DNA of 64,000 nucleotides from Candidatus Aenigmatarchaeota archaeon (lineage in GTDB: Archaea > Aenigmatarchaeota > Aenigmatarchaeia > QMZP01 > QMZT01): assembly GCA_963726265.1 (NCBI GenBank), contig CAVSBQ010000002.1, forward strand, positions 832,001 through 896,000. Direction: 5' to 3'. The notes below the pieces were generated by a model. The model made no database searches. It was given only the letters and a program-made list of their open reading frames with translations, and was not told the DNA's origin. The stretch's first letter is position 1. Each line of letters starts with the position of its first letter. Made by a program: the position numbers and the translations under genes. Positions 28,994 through 38,336 of this stretch are shown here, piece after piece.

Positions 28994-29674
28994 TGCAATG
29001 CCGTAATATTCACTGGTGAAAGGTTCGCCCACTATTTTGAGCGAAGGTTCTTGTTTTGCATATCCCGATGCTCCTATCAAATCCGTGACCATTGCATCCA
29101 ATTTGCCTCCAATGAGGTTGTTGATAATTTCTGTATATGAATTGTATGATGTTATTGTTTGCGGTTCGGCATACATCATTGCAGCTTCTTTGCAAGTAGT
29201 TCCATTAAGAACTCCTATTTTTTTACCTCTCAAATTTTCCGGAGAAGTTATTTCGTTGTTATCTTTTCTGGTCATTATGACTTGTCCGGCATCCAAATAA
29301 GGGGAGCTGAACAGCATCTGTTGCGAACGTTCCTGGGTTATGGTTATGGCGGATATTATGATGTCAACGTCGCCCGCTTTCACATTATCGAAAAGATCAC
29401 CCCAACTTATTATACTGAGTTCAGGCTGGACGTCGAGTTTCAAAGCTATGTCATTGGCGACATCGACATCGAAACCAACTAATTTTCCCGAGCCATCATA
29501 AAGCCTCATCGGCGGAAAGTCCGGGTCGATGCCAATCATGATTCTGCCTCTGTCTTTCACGTTCTTCAGCGACAGATCGCCTGCCTGATCCATGGGCTGC
29601 GTGCAGCCGGACGCGAAAACGGCCAGCAGCATCATAATGGCAAACAGCCCAAACATTCCCCTTTTATTTTTCAT
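28889..29674 (-). CDS. Family-3 solute-binding lipoprotein (middle copy)
   Basis: Same motifs; N-terminus identical to 28079-28870, C-terminus identical to 29693-30499. Confidence 0.92.
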   Translation of the reverse strand: MKNKRGMFGLFAIMMLLAVFASGCTQPMDQAGDLSLKNVKDRGRIMIGIDPDFPPMRLYDGSGKLVGFDVDVANDIALKLDVQPELSIISWGDLFDNVKAGDVDIIISAITITQERSQQMLFSSPYLDAGQVIMTRKDNNEITSPENLRGKKIGVLNGTTCKEAAMMYAEPQTITSYNSYTEIINNLIGGKLDAMVTDLIGASGYAKQEPSLKIVGEPFTSEYYGIATKLGNNALMDEINRILREMKRDGKLDEIKNKWLE

Positions 29675-29797
29675 ATTTCACAACACCCCCAATCATTCCA
29701 GCCACTTATTCTTGATTTCATCCAGTTTCCCGTCCCTTTTCATTTCCCTGAGTATTCTGTTTATCTCATCCATGAGCGCGTTGTTGCCGAGTTTGGT
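29563..29797. repeat. 235-bp direct repeat, copy 2
   Basis: Identical by eye to 28759-28993. Confidence 0.9.
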
Positions 29798-30499
29798 CGC
29801 CATGCCGTAGAACTCCTGGGTGAAAGGCTCCCCTGCAATTTTTAGCGACTGGTCCCTTTTCACAAGGTCCGTCGCAAGGACGTAGTCCGCTACCATGGCG
29901 TCTATAGTGCCTGATTTCAGGTCGTATAATATGCCGCTTTGAGGATTTCCTTCCGGAACATCAAAACCGTCATATGGCATGGCAGTAGCCCCGTATTTTT
30001 CCGCCTCGTCTATGCTAGTAGTTTCCTTCTGAGCCCCGACTTTCCTGCCTTTTAGGTCTTCTGGAGTTTTTATTTCATTATTGCTGTTCTTAACCACGAT
30101 TGTTTGGCCTGCATTGAAGTAAGGGGAACTGAAGAGCATCCTTTCAGACCTCTCTGGCGTTATGGTTATGGATGCAATGGCGATGTCGATATCGCCATTC
30201 TCCACGGCCTTGAACAGTTCATCCCAGGCATAATCGACGAATTGAATTTCAACACCCATCGAGGCGGCGATTTCCCTGATTATATCGACGTCCAAACCCA
30301 CTACCTGGCCTTTCTCGTCATAAAATTCCATCGGCTCATAAGGTATGTCGCTGCCCACGACGAGCTTCCCGCTCGCCTTGACATTCGATAGCGACGCATC
30401 CGTTGATCCGCCAGGAGCGTTAGTCGTGCATCCTGAAATCGCGACTACCAAAAACAAAGCTGTTAAAATGGCCACTGCACCACGTTTTTCATTTGACAT
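29693..30499 (-). CDS. Family-3 solute-binding lipoprotein
   Basis: ISGC lipobox-like, YEPMEF, GLDVD, ITITPERS. Confidence 0.92.
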   Translation of the reverse strand: MSNEKRGAVAILTALFLVVAISGCTTNAPGGSTDASLSNVKASGKLVVGSDIPYEPMEFYDEKGQVVGLDVDIIREIAASMGVEIQFVDYAWDELFKAVENGDIDIAIASITITPERSERMLFSSPYFNAGQTIVVKNSNNEIKTPEDLKGRKVGAQKETTSIDEAEKYGATAMPYDGFDVPEGNPQSGILYDLKSGTIDAMVADYVLATDLVKRDQSLKIAGEPFTQEFYGMATKLGNNALMDEINRILREMKRDGKLDEIKNKWLE

Positions 30500-30519
30500 A
30501 CACAACCCCAATTATCGCT

Positions 30520-32224
30520 TTAACTTCCAGTTTTATTTTTTTTAAGCTGGCTTTCAAGCTCGTTTATCCTTTTCTTCAGCTCGACCATTTTGAGTTCCCT
30601 GCCGACTGAAAGCTTGTTGATTTTTTCGAGTTCTTCCGTCCTTTTTATTATCTCCTCACCGGCCTTTTTCCTTTCCGTGATGTCCTTCATGGTGCCTAGC
30701 ATGCGGAACGCCTTGCCTTCGGCGTTTTTCAGGACCGTGCCGCTGTTTTCCATGTAAATGTAATTGCCGTCTTTGCGCATGAACCTGTATTCGGCATCGT
30801 ATTTCGTGCCTTCCTTCAGCGCCTTTTCGAGAAGGGACAAGGCCGTTTCGCGGTCATCCGGATGGATAGCGTCTCCCCATTCCTTTATGCCCATTTTCTG
30901 GAATTCGTCGAAGCCGTAGCCGGTCAGGCTGGTTATTGCGCCCAGCCATTTAATCCTCCCGGAAGCTACGTCGTAATCATAGATTATCTGGCCCGTCTGC
31001 TCGGCGGCAATCCTGTAGGTGTTCTCGTTTTCGAAAATCACGTTCTGCACTTTCTTCTGCTCCGTGATGTCCCTGAATATTCCCTGAAGCAATTTTTTAC
31101 CCTCTGTTTCAATCAGGTTGGCTTTTATCGTAACGTCCTTTAATTTCCCGTTTTTGGTGATAACGTGCGTTTCCAGTGCCTGGCCTCTGGCCTCTGTGAG
31201 ATGCTTTCTGAAGGTTTCGCTGAATTGCCCTTCGATACCTTCCGGTGGGTGGAGTATCTTCTGGTGCTGCCCAATGAGCTCTGCCTTGCTCCTCCCGACC
31301 AGTTCCGTTGCTGCGCGGTTGCAGTTGACAATTATCCCCGTTTTCGCATCGGCTATGACAATGGCGTCAAGCGCCTCCTCGAACTGTATCCTGTATCTTT
31401 TCTCGCTCTCCCTCAATTTCTCTTCGGCTTTCTTCCGCTCGGTTATGTCGCGGCCAGTGACCAATATCCCTACCGTTTTACCCTTTTCACGGACAGGAAC
31501 TGAGCCTTCATCAACTTCCAGATATCTAATTTCCCCTGATTTTGTTTTGATTTCGAGCTCTATCTTCTTCTGGGGTTGGCCGAGGAATTCCTTCGTCAGG
31601 ACATAAAAGGCGGTTTTTATGGAATTCTTTGTCAGGAAACTGGCAATCGACTTGCCTACCATCTCATTCTCTGCATAGCCGCTGGCCTCAAAGGCCCTCT
31701 TGTTGGCGAACAATATCCTCCCCGTTTTATCCAAAATGAGCATGATGTCCCTCATGCTTTCCGAGATAAACCTGTATCTTTCTTCCCTTTCCCTCAATTT
31801 CTCCCCTGTTTTTTCCCTCTCGGTGACGTCGCTGCCGACGTCAAGGACTTTGGTCACCCTGCCGTTCTCCCTGATGGGTATGCCTATAAGCTCGAGAAGC
31901 AGATCCCTGCCGCCTTTAAGCTTGATGGTATAGATCGTCTTTTCCGTCACCTTCCCCTGCAGGTTCTTCCTGAATTCCAGGAATGCCCTTATCAGATCCT
32001 TTTTGCCGAGCAGGCCGATTTCGGAGAATTTTTTGCCGATGACGTCTTTGGCTTTCAGGCCTGTCAGCTTCTCCGTATACTCATTGGCTTCCAGAATCCT
32101 GCCGCCCCTGTCGATGGTGAAAGCCACGAAAGGCAGGTTCTCAAAAATAGTCTTGTAAGCCTCACCGCCATTCCCGCTTGGTTCGTCTCGGATTTACCTT
32201 CCTTCGAAGTATCATACGCCCCAT
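30520..32224 (-). CDS. Multi-PAS/PAC protein without catalytic output; probable frameshift near 32180
   Basis: Four PAS units ending DVTE/DITE; C-terminal VGRELKMVELKK; ATG at 32224 overlaps the upstream TAA but is out of frame. Confidence 0.85.
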
Positions 32225-32793
32225 TACCCCATCTCGACGACCTTGTCCACGAACATGCTGAGGTCCTTGGTCATCTCGGTTTTCACGTCGTCCTTCAGCG
32301 CCATCAGGACGCCCTTCGAGCCGAGGGAGCGGAAAACGGATATTATCGAGTGCACGAACCTGGTAACCACAGACGACTCTTCGTATATCAGCAGCGTGGA
32401 CAGCGAATCGAAAATCGTTATGCCCGGCTTGTTGGCCTCCAGGAGTTTTTTCATGGCGATGTTCATCTCGGTCAGCGCTTTCGGAGACGAGACGCAAACG
32501 ACCTTTCCGCCTGCCTCTGTCCCCGACGGACTCTTGGTCACGCAGTCTATGAAGCAGAATTTGCTGGTGTCGATTTTGCTCTTCTCGAAGTTTTTCATCA
32601 GGGTCGTGTATGGCTTGTTCGCCGAAACGTAGCATACCTTTTCGCTGAGGCTAGCCGCTATACCGGCGATGTCGTTTATTTTTTCCGAATACTTCTCGTT
32701 GGGCACAAGGACCAGTATTATGTCGTTGTCCTTTATCGCCTTTTTTGTGTCTTCCTTCTCGATTCTGTCCTTTGTCCCGGCATCCTTGATTAT
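32224..32793 (-). CDS. Degenerate KaiC/RecA-fold protein, paralog of 24277-24828; start codon uncertain
   Basis: CYVSANKPY, FCFIDC, IFDSLSTLLIY, MFVDK. Confidence 0.75.
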   Translation of the reverse strand: MIKDAGTKDRIEKEDTKKAIKDNDIILVLVPNEKYSEKINDIAGIAASLSEKVCYVSANKPYTTLMKNFEKSKIDTSKFCFIDCVTKSPSGTEAGGKVVCVSSPKALTEMNIAMKKLLEANKPGITIFDSLSTLLIYEESSVVTRFVHSIISVFRSLGSKGVLMALKDDVKTEMTKDLSMFVDKVVEMG

Positions 32794-32857
32794 AAGCCCA
32801 CCCCAATTTAATAAATTGATTCGGTCGGTTATAAACTTAACAAGAAAATGTTTAAAC

Positions 32858-33166
32858 ATGGACGCGAAAAGGGAAAAGGTCTACGCATTTCTCAGGAAAG
32901 TTCCGTCAGGAAAAATAACAACTTACGGAGAGCTCGCGAAAGCCGCAGGCACACATCCGCGCGCAGTGGCGATGTTCATGAAACACAACCAGGACCCTGT
33001 CAATATCCCATGCTACAAAGTGATAAGGTCAGACGGTTCTCTCGGCGGCTATTCGGGCCGCGGCGGCGTTAAAAGGAAGGCGGCGCTTCTGAAGAAGGAT
33101 GGCATAGCAGTAAAAAACGGCAAAATAGAGCTCAAAAAACATCTCCACCGCTTCTCAAAATCTTAA
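32858..33166 (+). CDS. ogt: O6-methylguanine-DNA methyltransferase family protein (C-terminal domain only)
   Basis: VPSGKITTYGELA, PRAV, IPCYKVI, LGGYS. Confidence 0.85.
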   Translation: MDAKREKVYAFLRKVPSGKITTYGELAKAAGTHPRAVAMFMKHNQDPVNIPCYKVIRSDGSLGGYSGRGGVKRKAALLKKDGIAVKNGKIELKKHLHRFSKS

Positions 33167-33190
33167 AAATCCCAGTTTCAATTCTTAACC

Positions 33191-33579
33191 ATGAAAGCCG
33201 GCATCGAAGGTCCCGAAAAAGGACGTTATCCTCTTTGTCGTGCAGGAGGTCATGCAGAAGCATAGGGAAGTCGAATCGCTGCGTGAGTTCACTGAGCTCG
33301 TCAACATGCGCCTGAAGATGGTCGACTCGAAACTTTCCGTTTCAGGCGCGCGCCTGAGGAGCATATTTATCAAGGATGCACGGCACAAAGCTGGTGACGG
33401 AGACGCGCATGGGCGGCAAGACCGAGAAATGCCCCTCATGTTACTCGAGCCTTAAAAAAATCTACACGAAGAACCTGAAAGGCAGGAAAATCCTCTACAA
33501 GATGATGTGCCAGAGATGCGGTTATTCCGGAGTCAACGGAAAGTTCGCACCGAAAAGATACAAGTTCGTAAAGGCATAA
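33191..33579 (+). CDS. Hypothetical protein with C-terminal zinc ribbon; two probable frameshifts
   Basis: Fragments 33240-33455 and 33376-33579 (CPSC...CQRCGY). Confidence 0.55.
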
Positions 33580-33590
33580 CACGAGGGTTT

Positions 33591-34602
33591 CTACCTGTAA
33601 ATGACCCTGACCTTCTTCAGCTCTTTGATGTTCCTCGCGCCGACCAGGAACATGGCATCCTCCAGCTGCGAGATGACTTTTTCCAGATGCGCTTTCACGC
33701 CCTGCCACGACTCGTTCGCCGGCTTCAGCAGGGGCAGCGCCATGCCAGCGAGGTCTGCGCCCATCGCAATCGCTTTAGCGACTTCGACGCCGTTGCGTAT
33801 CCCGCCTGAAGCGATTATAGGGACTTTCACCGAGCGCGCGACGTCTCTCAGCGCCTCCGCCGTTGGGATGCCCCACTCCTCGATGTGGCTGACATCTTCT
33901 TTCGTTCTATGCCCGTCGACCTTGACCCATGACGTCCCGCCCGCGCCCGCGATGTCTATCGCCTTCACGCCAGCGAGGACCAGGCGCCTCGAGAGCTCGC
34001 CGGAAATCCCGCAGCCCGTTTCCTTCGCTATCACCGGGACCCTGGACTTCCTGCATATCTTCCTGATTTCCTCATAAACGCCCTTCCACGCCTTGTCGCC
34101 TTCCTGCTGCGCGAGCTCCTGCGCGACGTTCAGATGGATCGCAAGGCCGTCCGCCTTTATAGAGTCCACGAGCGAGGCGATTCTTTCCAGCTTCGTATTG
34201 CCTGAGTTGCGCGGCACCGATGTTGCCGAGAAGGAAGATGCTCGGCGCGACGTCGCGGACGAGATAGGTCCTCGTCGTCTTCGCGTCCTCCAGCATCGCG
34301 CGCTGCGAGCCGACGCCCATGCCTATGCCTAACGCTTCCGCCGCCTTCGCGAGATTCCTGTTTATGCGTTCGCCATTCGCCGTCCCGCCCGTGATAGCCT
34401 CGATGAAAAGCGGCGCTGAAAATCTCTTGCCGAGAAACACAGTCTTCGTGTTGATTTCATCCCTGCTGATTTCAGGGAGCGCCTTATGCTCGAGCTCGAC
34501 GTGCTCGAAGCCGTTCGATTTCGCGAATTCGACGTCCTCCTCCAGGCATATGCGTATGTGGTCGTCCTTCCTCGACTTCGTCACGGCTTTCGCAGAAGAC
34601 AT
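33591..34602 (-). CDS. fni: Type 2 isopentenyl-diphosphate isomerase; frameshift near 34200
   Basis: RKDDHI, AITGG, GSQR, HLN.AQE, KETGCG, GAGGTSW, ASGGIR. Confidence 0.93.
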
Positions 34603-34623
34603 GATAATCATTATCCTATTATT

Positions 34624-35403
34624 CTATTTTCCGTTTATAACGGTTCCCAGGCCCTTTTCACCCAGAAGCGAGCGCCTGAGAAGGCCGGGCTTCAGGCCGT
34701 TTATTATCTCGACCTCGGTTCCCATGGCAAGCGCCATCCTGACTTTCTGCATCATCCCTCCGGTCACGTCGGCGATCCCGTCCGAGGAAGAAAGCGACTC
34801 GGCTATTTCCCTGAAGTTTTTCCTGTCAATCGCCCTTATTTTTTCGCCGAGCGGGCCGAGCACACCATCCGTTTTTCCTGCCATTATTATCCTTTCCGGC
34901 TTCAGCTTCCTCGCGAGGAAGCGCAGTATCTCCTCGGTCGAGATTATGCAGCAGCCCTTCGCCTCGTCGAGGCACGCGTCGCCGTATGGGACGGGTATCG
35001 CGCCTTTCGCGAGCAGGGTCTCGAGCGGCCTGGTATGCCATTCCCTTATGCTGTCGTTCTTCGCGAAGCAGGACGCGGATGGCTGTATCGAAACGGCGTT
35101 CTCGCCTGCCTCGAGCAGCGATGATACGATAATCCTGTTGAGCTTCGCGGCGTCGTCCTGGACTCTGGCGAAGCCCTCCCAGCTCTTGCTGTTTATGACG
35201 CCTTTGTGGGTCTGGTATTTGCTGGCCGAGACGTGCGGGAAGCTGCCGCCGCCGTGGCCGACGAGAAGCGCGAACTTCCTTTGCGCTCGCGCTTCGCGTA
35301 TCTCCCTGCAAAGGCGTTTTATCACATCGTATCTCGCGGTATACGGCTTCGACTTGTCCGTTATCAGCGAGCCGCCCAGCTTGACGAATATCAGATTTTT
35401 CAT
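34624..35403 (-). CDS. ipk: Isopentenyl phosphate kinase
   Basis: KLGGSLITDK, HGGGSFPH, DVTGGM..K. Confidence 0.92.
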   Translation of the reverse strand: MKNLIFVKLGGSLITDKSKPYTARYDVIKRLCREIREARAQRKFALLVGHGGGSFPHVSASKYQTHKGVINSKSWEGFARVQDDAAKLNRIIVSSLLEAGENAVSIQPSASCFAKNDSIREWHTRPLETLLAKGAIPVPYGDACLDEAKGCCIISTEEILRFLARKLKPERIIMAGKTDGVLGPLGEKIRAIDRKNFREIAESLSSSDGIADVTGGMMQKVRMALAMGTEVEIINGLKPGLLRRSLLGEKGLGTVINGK

Positions 35404-35448
35404 AGTTAAAATTGCAAACCTTTATTTAAATTTGAAACAAGTACTCTC

Positions 35449-35793
35449 ATGGACGCGAAAAGGGAATGCCTCATTTCACTGAATGCGTATCACAGGCTTT
35501 ATCCGGGCAGCTTCTTCGGCAGGCCGCTGAAAGCGAGAGAGCTCAGGGACGCGGGAAACTCGCTCGTTTTCGCCGGTTTCGGGGCGCTCGCGCCGCTTGC
35601 AAAAGAAAATAAGGATTTCTTCGTCATACTGCGGCTTATAGACCAGAACGTCGAGGACTTTTTCTGCATGCTCGCCTCGGGAGACATGAAGCTTTTCGCG
35701 TGCAGGTTTGACGATGCGAAGAAAGCCGCTGACAAAAAAGCGCTTGAGAAGTTCGGGAAATATTACATGGAAGAGAAGAAGAAGCTTCGCTGA
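35449..35793 (+). CDS. Hypothetical protein
   Basis: 114-aa ORF with upstream TTTAAA box. Confidence 0.55.
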   Translation: MDAKRECLISLNAYHRLYPGSFFGRPLKARELRDAGNSLVFAGFGALAPLAKENKDFFVILRLIDQNVEDFFCMLASGDMKLFACRFDDAKKAADKKALEKFGKYYMEEKKKLR

Positions 35794-35806
35794 ACTTCGC
35801 TGCTCG

Positions 35807-36373
35807 CTACGCCCATCTTTTGTAGATTTTGTTTTCAATCCCGAGCGAGTCCAGCGTCTTGCCTATTATGTGGTTTACCATTTCGTCTATGCCTTTGGGC
35901 TTTGAATACAAGGTGAGGATCGGCGGCAGTATCACCCCGCCAGCCAGCGTGACGCGGCGCATGTTCTCTATGTGTATCAGGCTCAGCGGCGTTTCCCTCG
36001 CCACGAGCACGAGCTTCCTCCGTTCTTTCAGGCACACATCCGCTGCTCGTAACATCAGGTTGTCCGAATATCCCGAAGCGACGCCGGCGAGCGTCTTCAT
36101 GCTGCACGGGATTATCACCATGCCTTTCGTTTTGAAGGAGCCGGATGCAATGGCAGCAAACATGTCATTATAGCCATAAACCTTCGTGGCGAGCTTTTCA
36201 ACAGCCTTTATGCTATAGTCCGTCTCGTGCTCTATCAGCTTCTTCGCCGTGTCGCTTATCACCAGATGCGTCTCGATGTCCAGTCTCTTTAGCGTTTCGA
36301 GAAAACGTATTCCCAGAAGCGAGCCGGAGCTGCCAGAAATGCCTACGATAACCTTCTCCTTCGCTTCACGCAT
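35807..36373 (-). CDS. ubiX: Flavin prenyltransferase UbiX
   Basis: GISGSSG, ASGS, PCSMKTL, RAADVCLKERR, RETP. Confidence 0.95.
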   Translation of the reverse strand: MREAKEKVIVGISGSSGSLLGIRFLETLKRLDIETHLVISDTAKKLIEHETDYSIKAVEKLATKVYGYNDMFAAIASGSFKTKGMVIIPCSMKTLAGVASGYSDNLMLRAADVCLKERRKLVLVARETPLSLIHIENMRRVTLAGGVILPPILTLYSKPKGIDEMVNHIIGKTLDSLGIENKIYKRWA

Positions 36374-36764
36374 GTTCAACTGTTCCTTTCTCGGCATCGA
36401 CTTTCAGCCTGTCGCCCGTCTTTATTTTGTCAATGTCTATCTGGTCGACGCAGGGTATGCCGGCGAGAATGACGCCTGTCGCGACTATCGTCTCCGTCTC
36501 CCTGTTGATTATCGCCTTCGGCGCGACGCCATTCTTCTTCAGGCCGTAAATGACGTACGACCCTACGGTCGAGCCCTTGCCGTTGGGAAAGACGAGAATC
36601 TTGCCCTTCACATTCTGCCCTTCGAGCTCGTGGCCTTTCTCTATCACGATGCCGGTCTTCGCATCGATGCCGCCGTAGAAGCCAAGCGGCGTTTTCGAGA
36701 CTATCGCCTCGCCTTCGGCCTTGCCCGGCGATATGCTCCGTCCCTTCATAACTTCTTTGGTCAT
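36366..36764 (-). CDS. Phosphomevalonate dehydratase small subunit (AcnX swivel, DUF126)
   Basis: GGIDAKTG, GKGSTVGS; pathway context. Confidence 0.88.
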   Translation of the reverse strand: MTKEVMKGRSISPGKAEGEAIVSKTPLGFYGGIDAKTGIVIEKGHELEGQNVKGKILVFPNGKGSTVGSYVIYGLKKNGVAPKAIINRETETIVATGVILAGIPCVDQIDIDKIKTGDRLKVDAEKGTVEHA

Positions 36765-36823
36765 AACAATCACCAACCTTTATGCATCATCCATTCCTTC
36801 GAAAGACACATATTTCATATGTG

Positions 36824-38002
36824 TCATCCCTTTATCAAATCGTCTATGTTTTTGAACACGACGCTCTGCTTGCAGAAGCCCGGAAGATAATTCCCGGCCT
36901 TCCCCGAATCCACGCCAGTCGTCTTGAAGCCCATCTGTTCTATGGGAGAAACGACCATGCACGTGTCCGCGACGATTTTACCGCCCGCCTTCTCGATTAT
37001 CGTCGTCAGGCCCATTCTAGTCGCGGCGTCCTTCATCACGCGCGACGTGCAGATCCACAGCGGCTTCTTCAGATGTTTACCTTCAAGCTTTTTGGATATG
37101 CTTATTATTTCCCTGAGCGACGCGTGCGGGCAGCCGATGACTACGAGGTCCGGATCCTTGCCCGTGTTGAGCTTCGCATACGCCTCCTTCAATTCCTTCT
37201 CGCCTACCTCTATGGTCTCGAGACCTTTCGTGTCCATCGCATTCGCCTCAGGCGTCATGCCGTCTATATGATAAAGAGCCACCGCTCCGCTGGCCGCCAT
37301 CGCCGCTCCGAATGCTTTAAGGTTATCAGTGTTCGCGTTCTTGATGCCGGTGAAATAAGGGATTTTGCTGCCCGCGATTTTTCCTACATGAGAGCCGAGC
37401 GCGCCGAAATCGGAATTGAACTCGAGCTTAGCGTCGACCTTCACCAGCAGCTGCGGCTTCCTGTTCTCGTCGAGATGCAGGCCATAGTTCGGGGTGAAGC
37501 CGCATATCGCCGCTGCGAGGGCGGATGGCCCGCCTTCGCGGTTCGTCCTCGCGCCTATCACGGAATTCGAGAATGACACGGCAGAGCTTTCAGACCACGC
37601 GATGTGCTCGCGGAACCTTGGCAAATTACCGGCGAGATAAGGAGTGCACGTCGCTGACATGACTATGCCCATCTTCTCGAAAGCGTCCATTATCTTCTTC
37701 TGCATCCTCGCGAAATCCTCCGGGAAACCCATCTCCTTCCAGCTTTCCATGTCCATGCCGGCCGGGTTCAGGAACGTCAGAATCCTGACCTTCGCACCTT
37801 TGTTCGCGATGTCCTCGAGGAATTCGAGGCCGGGGTCGCCTATGGATTTGTAAGACACGCCCGCGACCTGCGCGGAGCCGATTTCGATCATTTTATCGGC
37901 CTTGTAAATCTCGCCAAGGCGCACGAGCAGGCGCATTTGTCTCTCGACGACTTCACCATGCGTTCCGTTGAGCATCTTCTCCTGTTCTTTAGTGAGATAC
38001 AT
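36824..38002 (-). CDS. Phosphomevalonate dehydratase large subunit (AcnX catalytic, DUF521)
   Basis: AGVSY, TCTPY, WSESSA, GARTNRE, GCPH, DTCMVV. Confidence 0.9.
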   Translation of the reverse strand: MYLTKEQEKMLNGTHGEVVERQMRLLVRLGEIYKADKMIEIGSAQVAGVSYKSIGDPGLEFLEDIANKGAKVRILTFLNPAGMDMESWKEMGFPEDFARMQKKIMDAFEKMGIVMSATCTPYLAGNLPRFREHIAWSESSAVSFSNSVIGARTNREGGPSALAAAICGFTPNYGLHLDENRKPQLLVKVDAKLEFNSDFGALGSHVGKIAGSKIPYFTGIKNANTDNLKAFGAAMAASGAVALYHIDGMTPEANAMDTKGLETIEVGEKELKEAYAKLNTGKDPDLVVIGCPHASLREIISISKKLEGKHLKKPLWICTSRVMKDAATRMGLTTIIEKAGGKIVADTCMVVSPIEQMGFKTTGVDSGKAGNYLPGFCKQSVVFKNIDDLIKG

Positions 38003-38012
38003 AATTCACCCC

Positions 38013-38336
38013 TCAGATTTTATTTTCGATTATTTTGCAGTTCTTCTTGAGCATCTCTATTTCTTTTTTACTCGCGTTGTTGACATGAATCCCGGCTATG
38101 CACACGACAGGCGCTTTCGTTTTCCTGCATTTCCTTTCCGCGATGGGCTTGGCGACAAGCCAGTCGTAGTGGCCTTTCCTGCTGACCACTTTCGCCGGTT
38201 TTCCTGGTGCGCACACGACGACGCAGCCTATGTGCGTCCTCTCGCCGCCGCCCAGAAAGAGCACGATGTCGCGCCCCTGCCTCTCTTCTTTCAGCCACAC
38301 TTTGTATTTGCCCTTTCCTGCAGTCAGCATGCGCAT
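38013..38336 (-). CDS. LpdD-like/PAC4-like small protein (putative prenylated-FMN chaperone)
   Basis: GGGERTHIG, GH.D, AGIHVNNAS motif set; lies between ubiD and acnX. Confidence 0.6.
   Translation of the reverse strand: MRMLTAGKGKYKVWLKEERQGRDIVLFLGGGERTHIGCVVVCAPGKPAKVVSRKGHYDWLVAKPIAERKCRKTKAPVVCIAGIHVNNASKKEIEMLKKNCKIIENKI

Noticed and set aside
28079..30499. Complete amino-acid ABC transporter
   Set aside because: No permease or ABC ATPase in the window.
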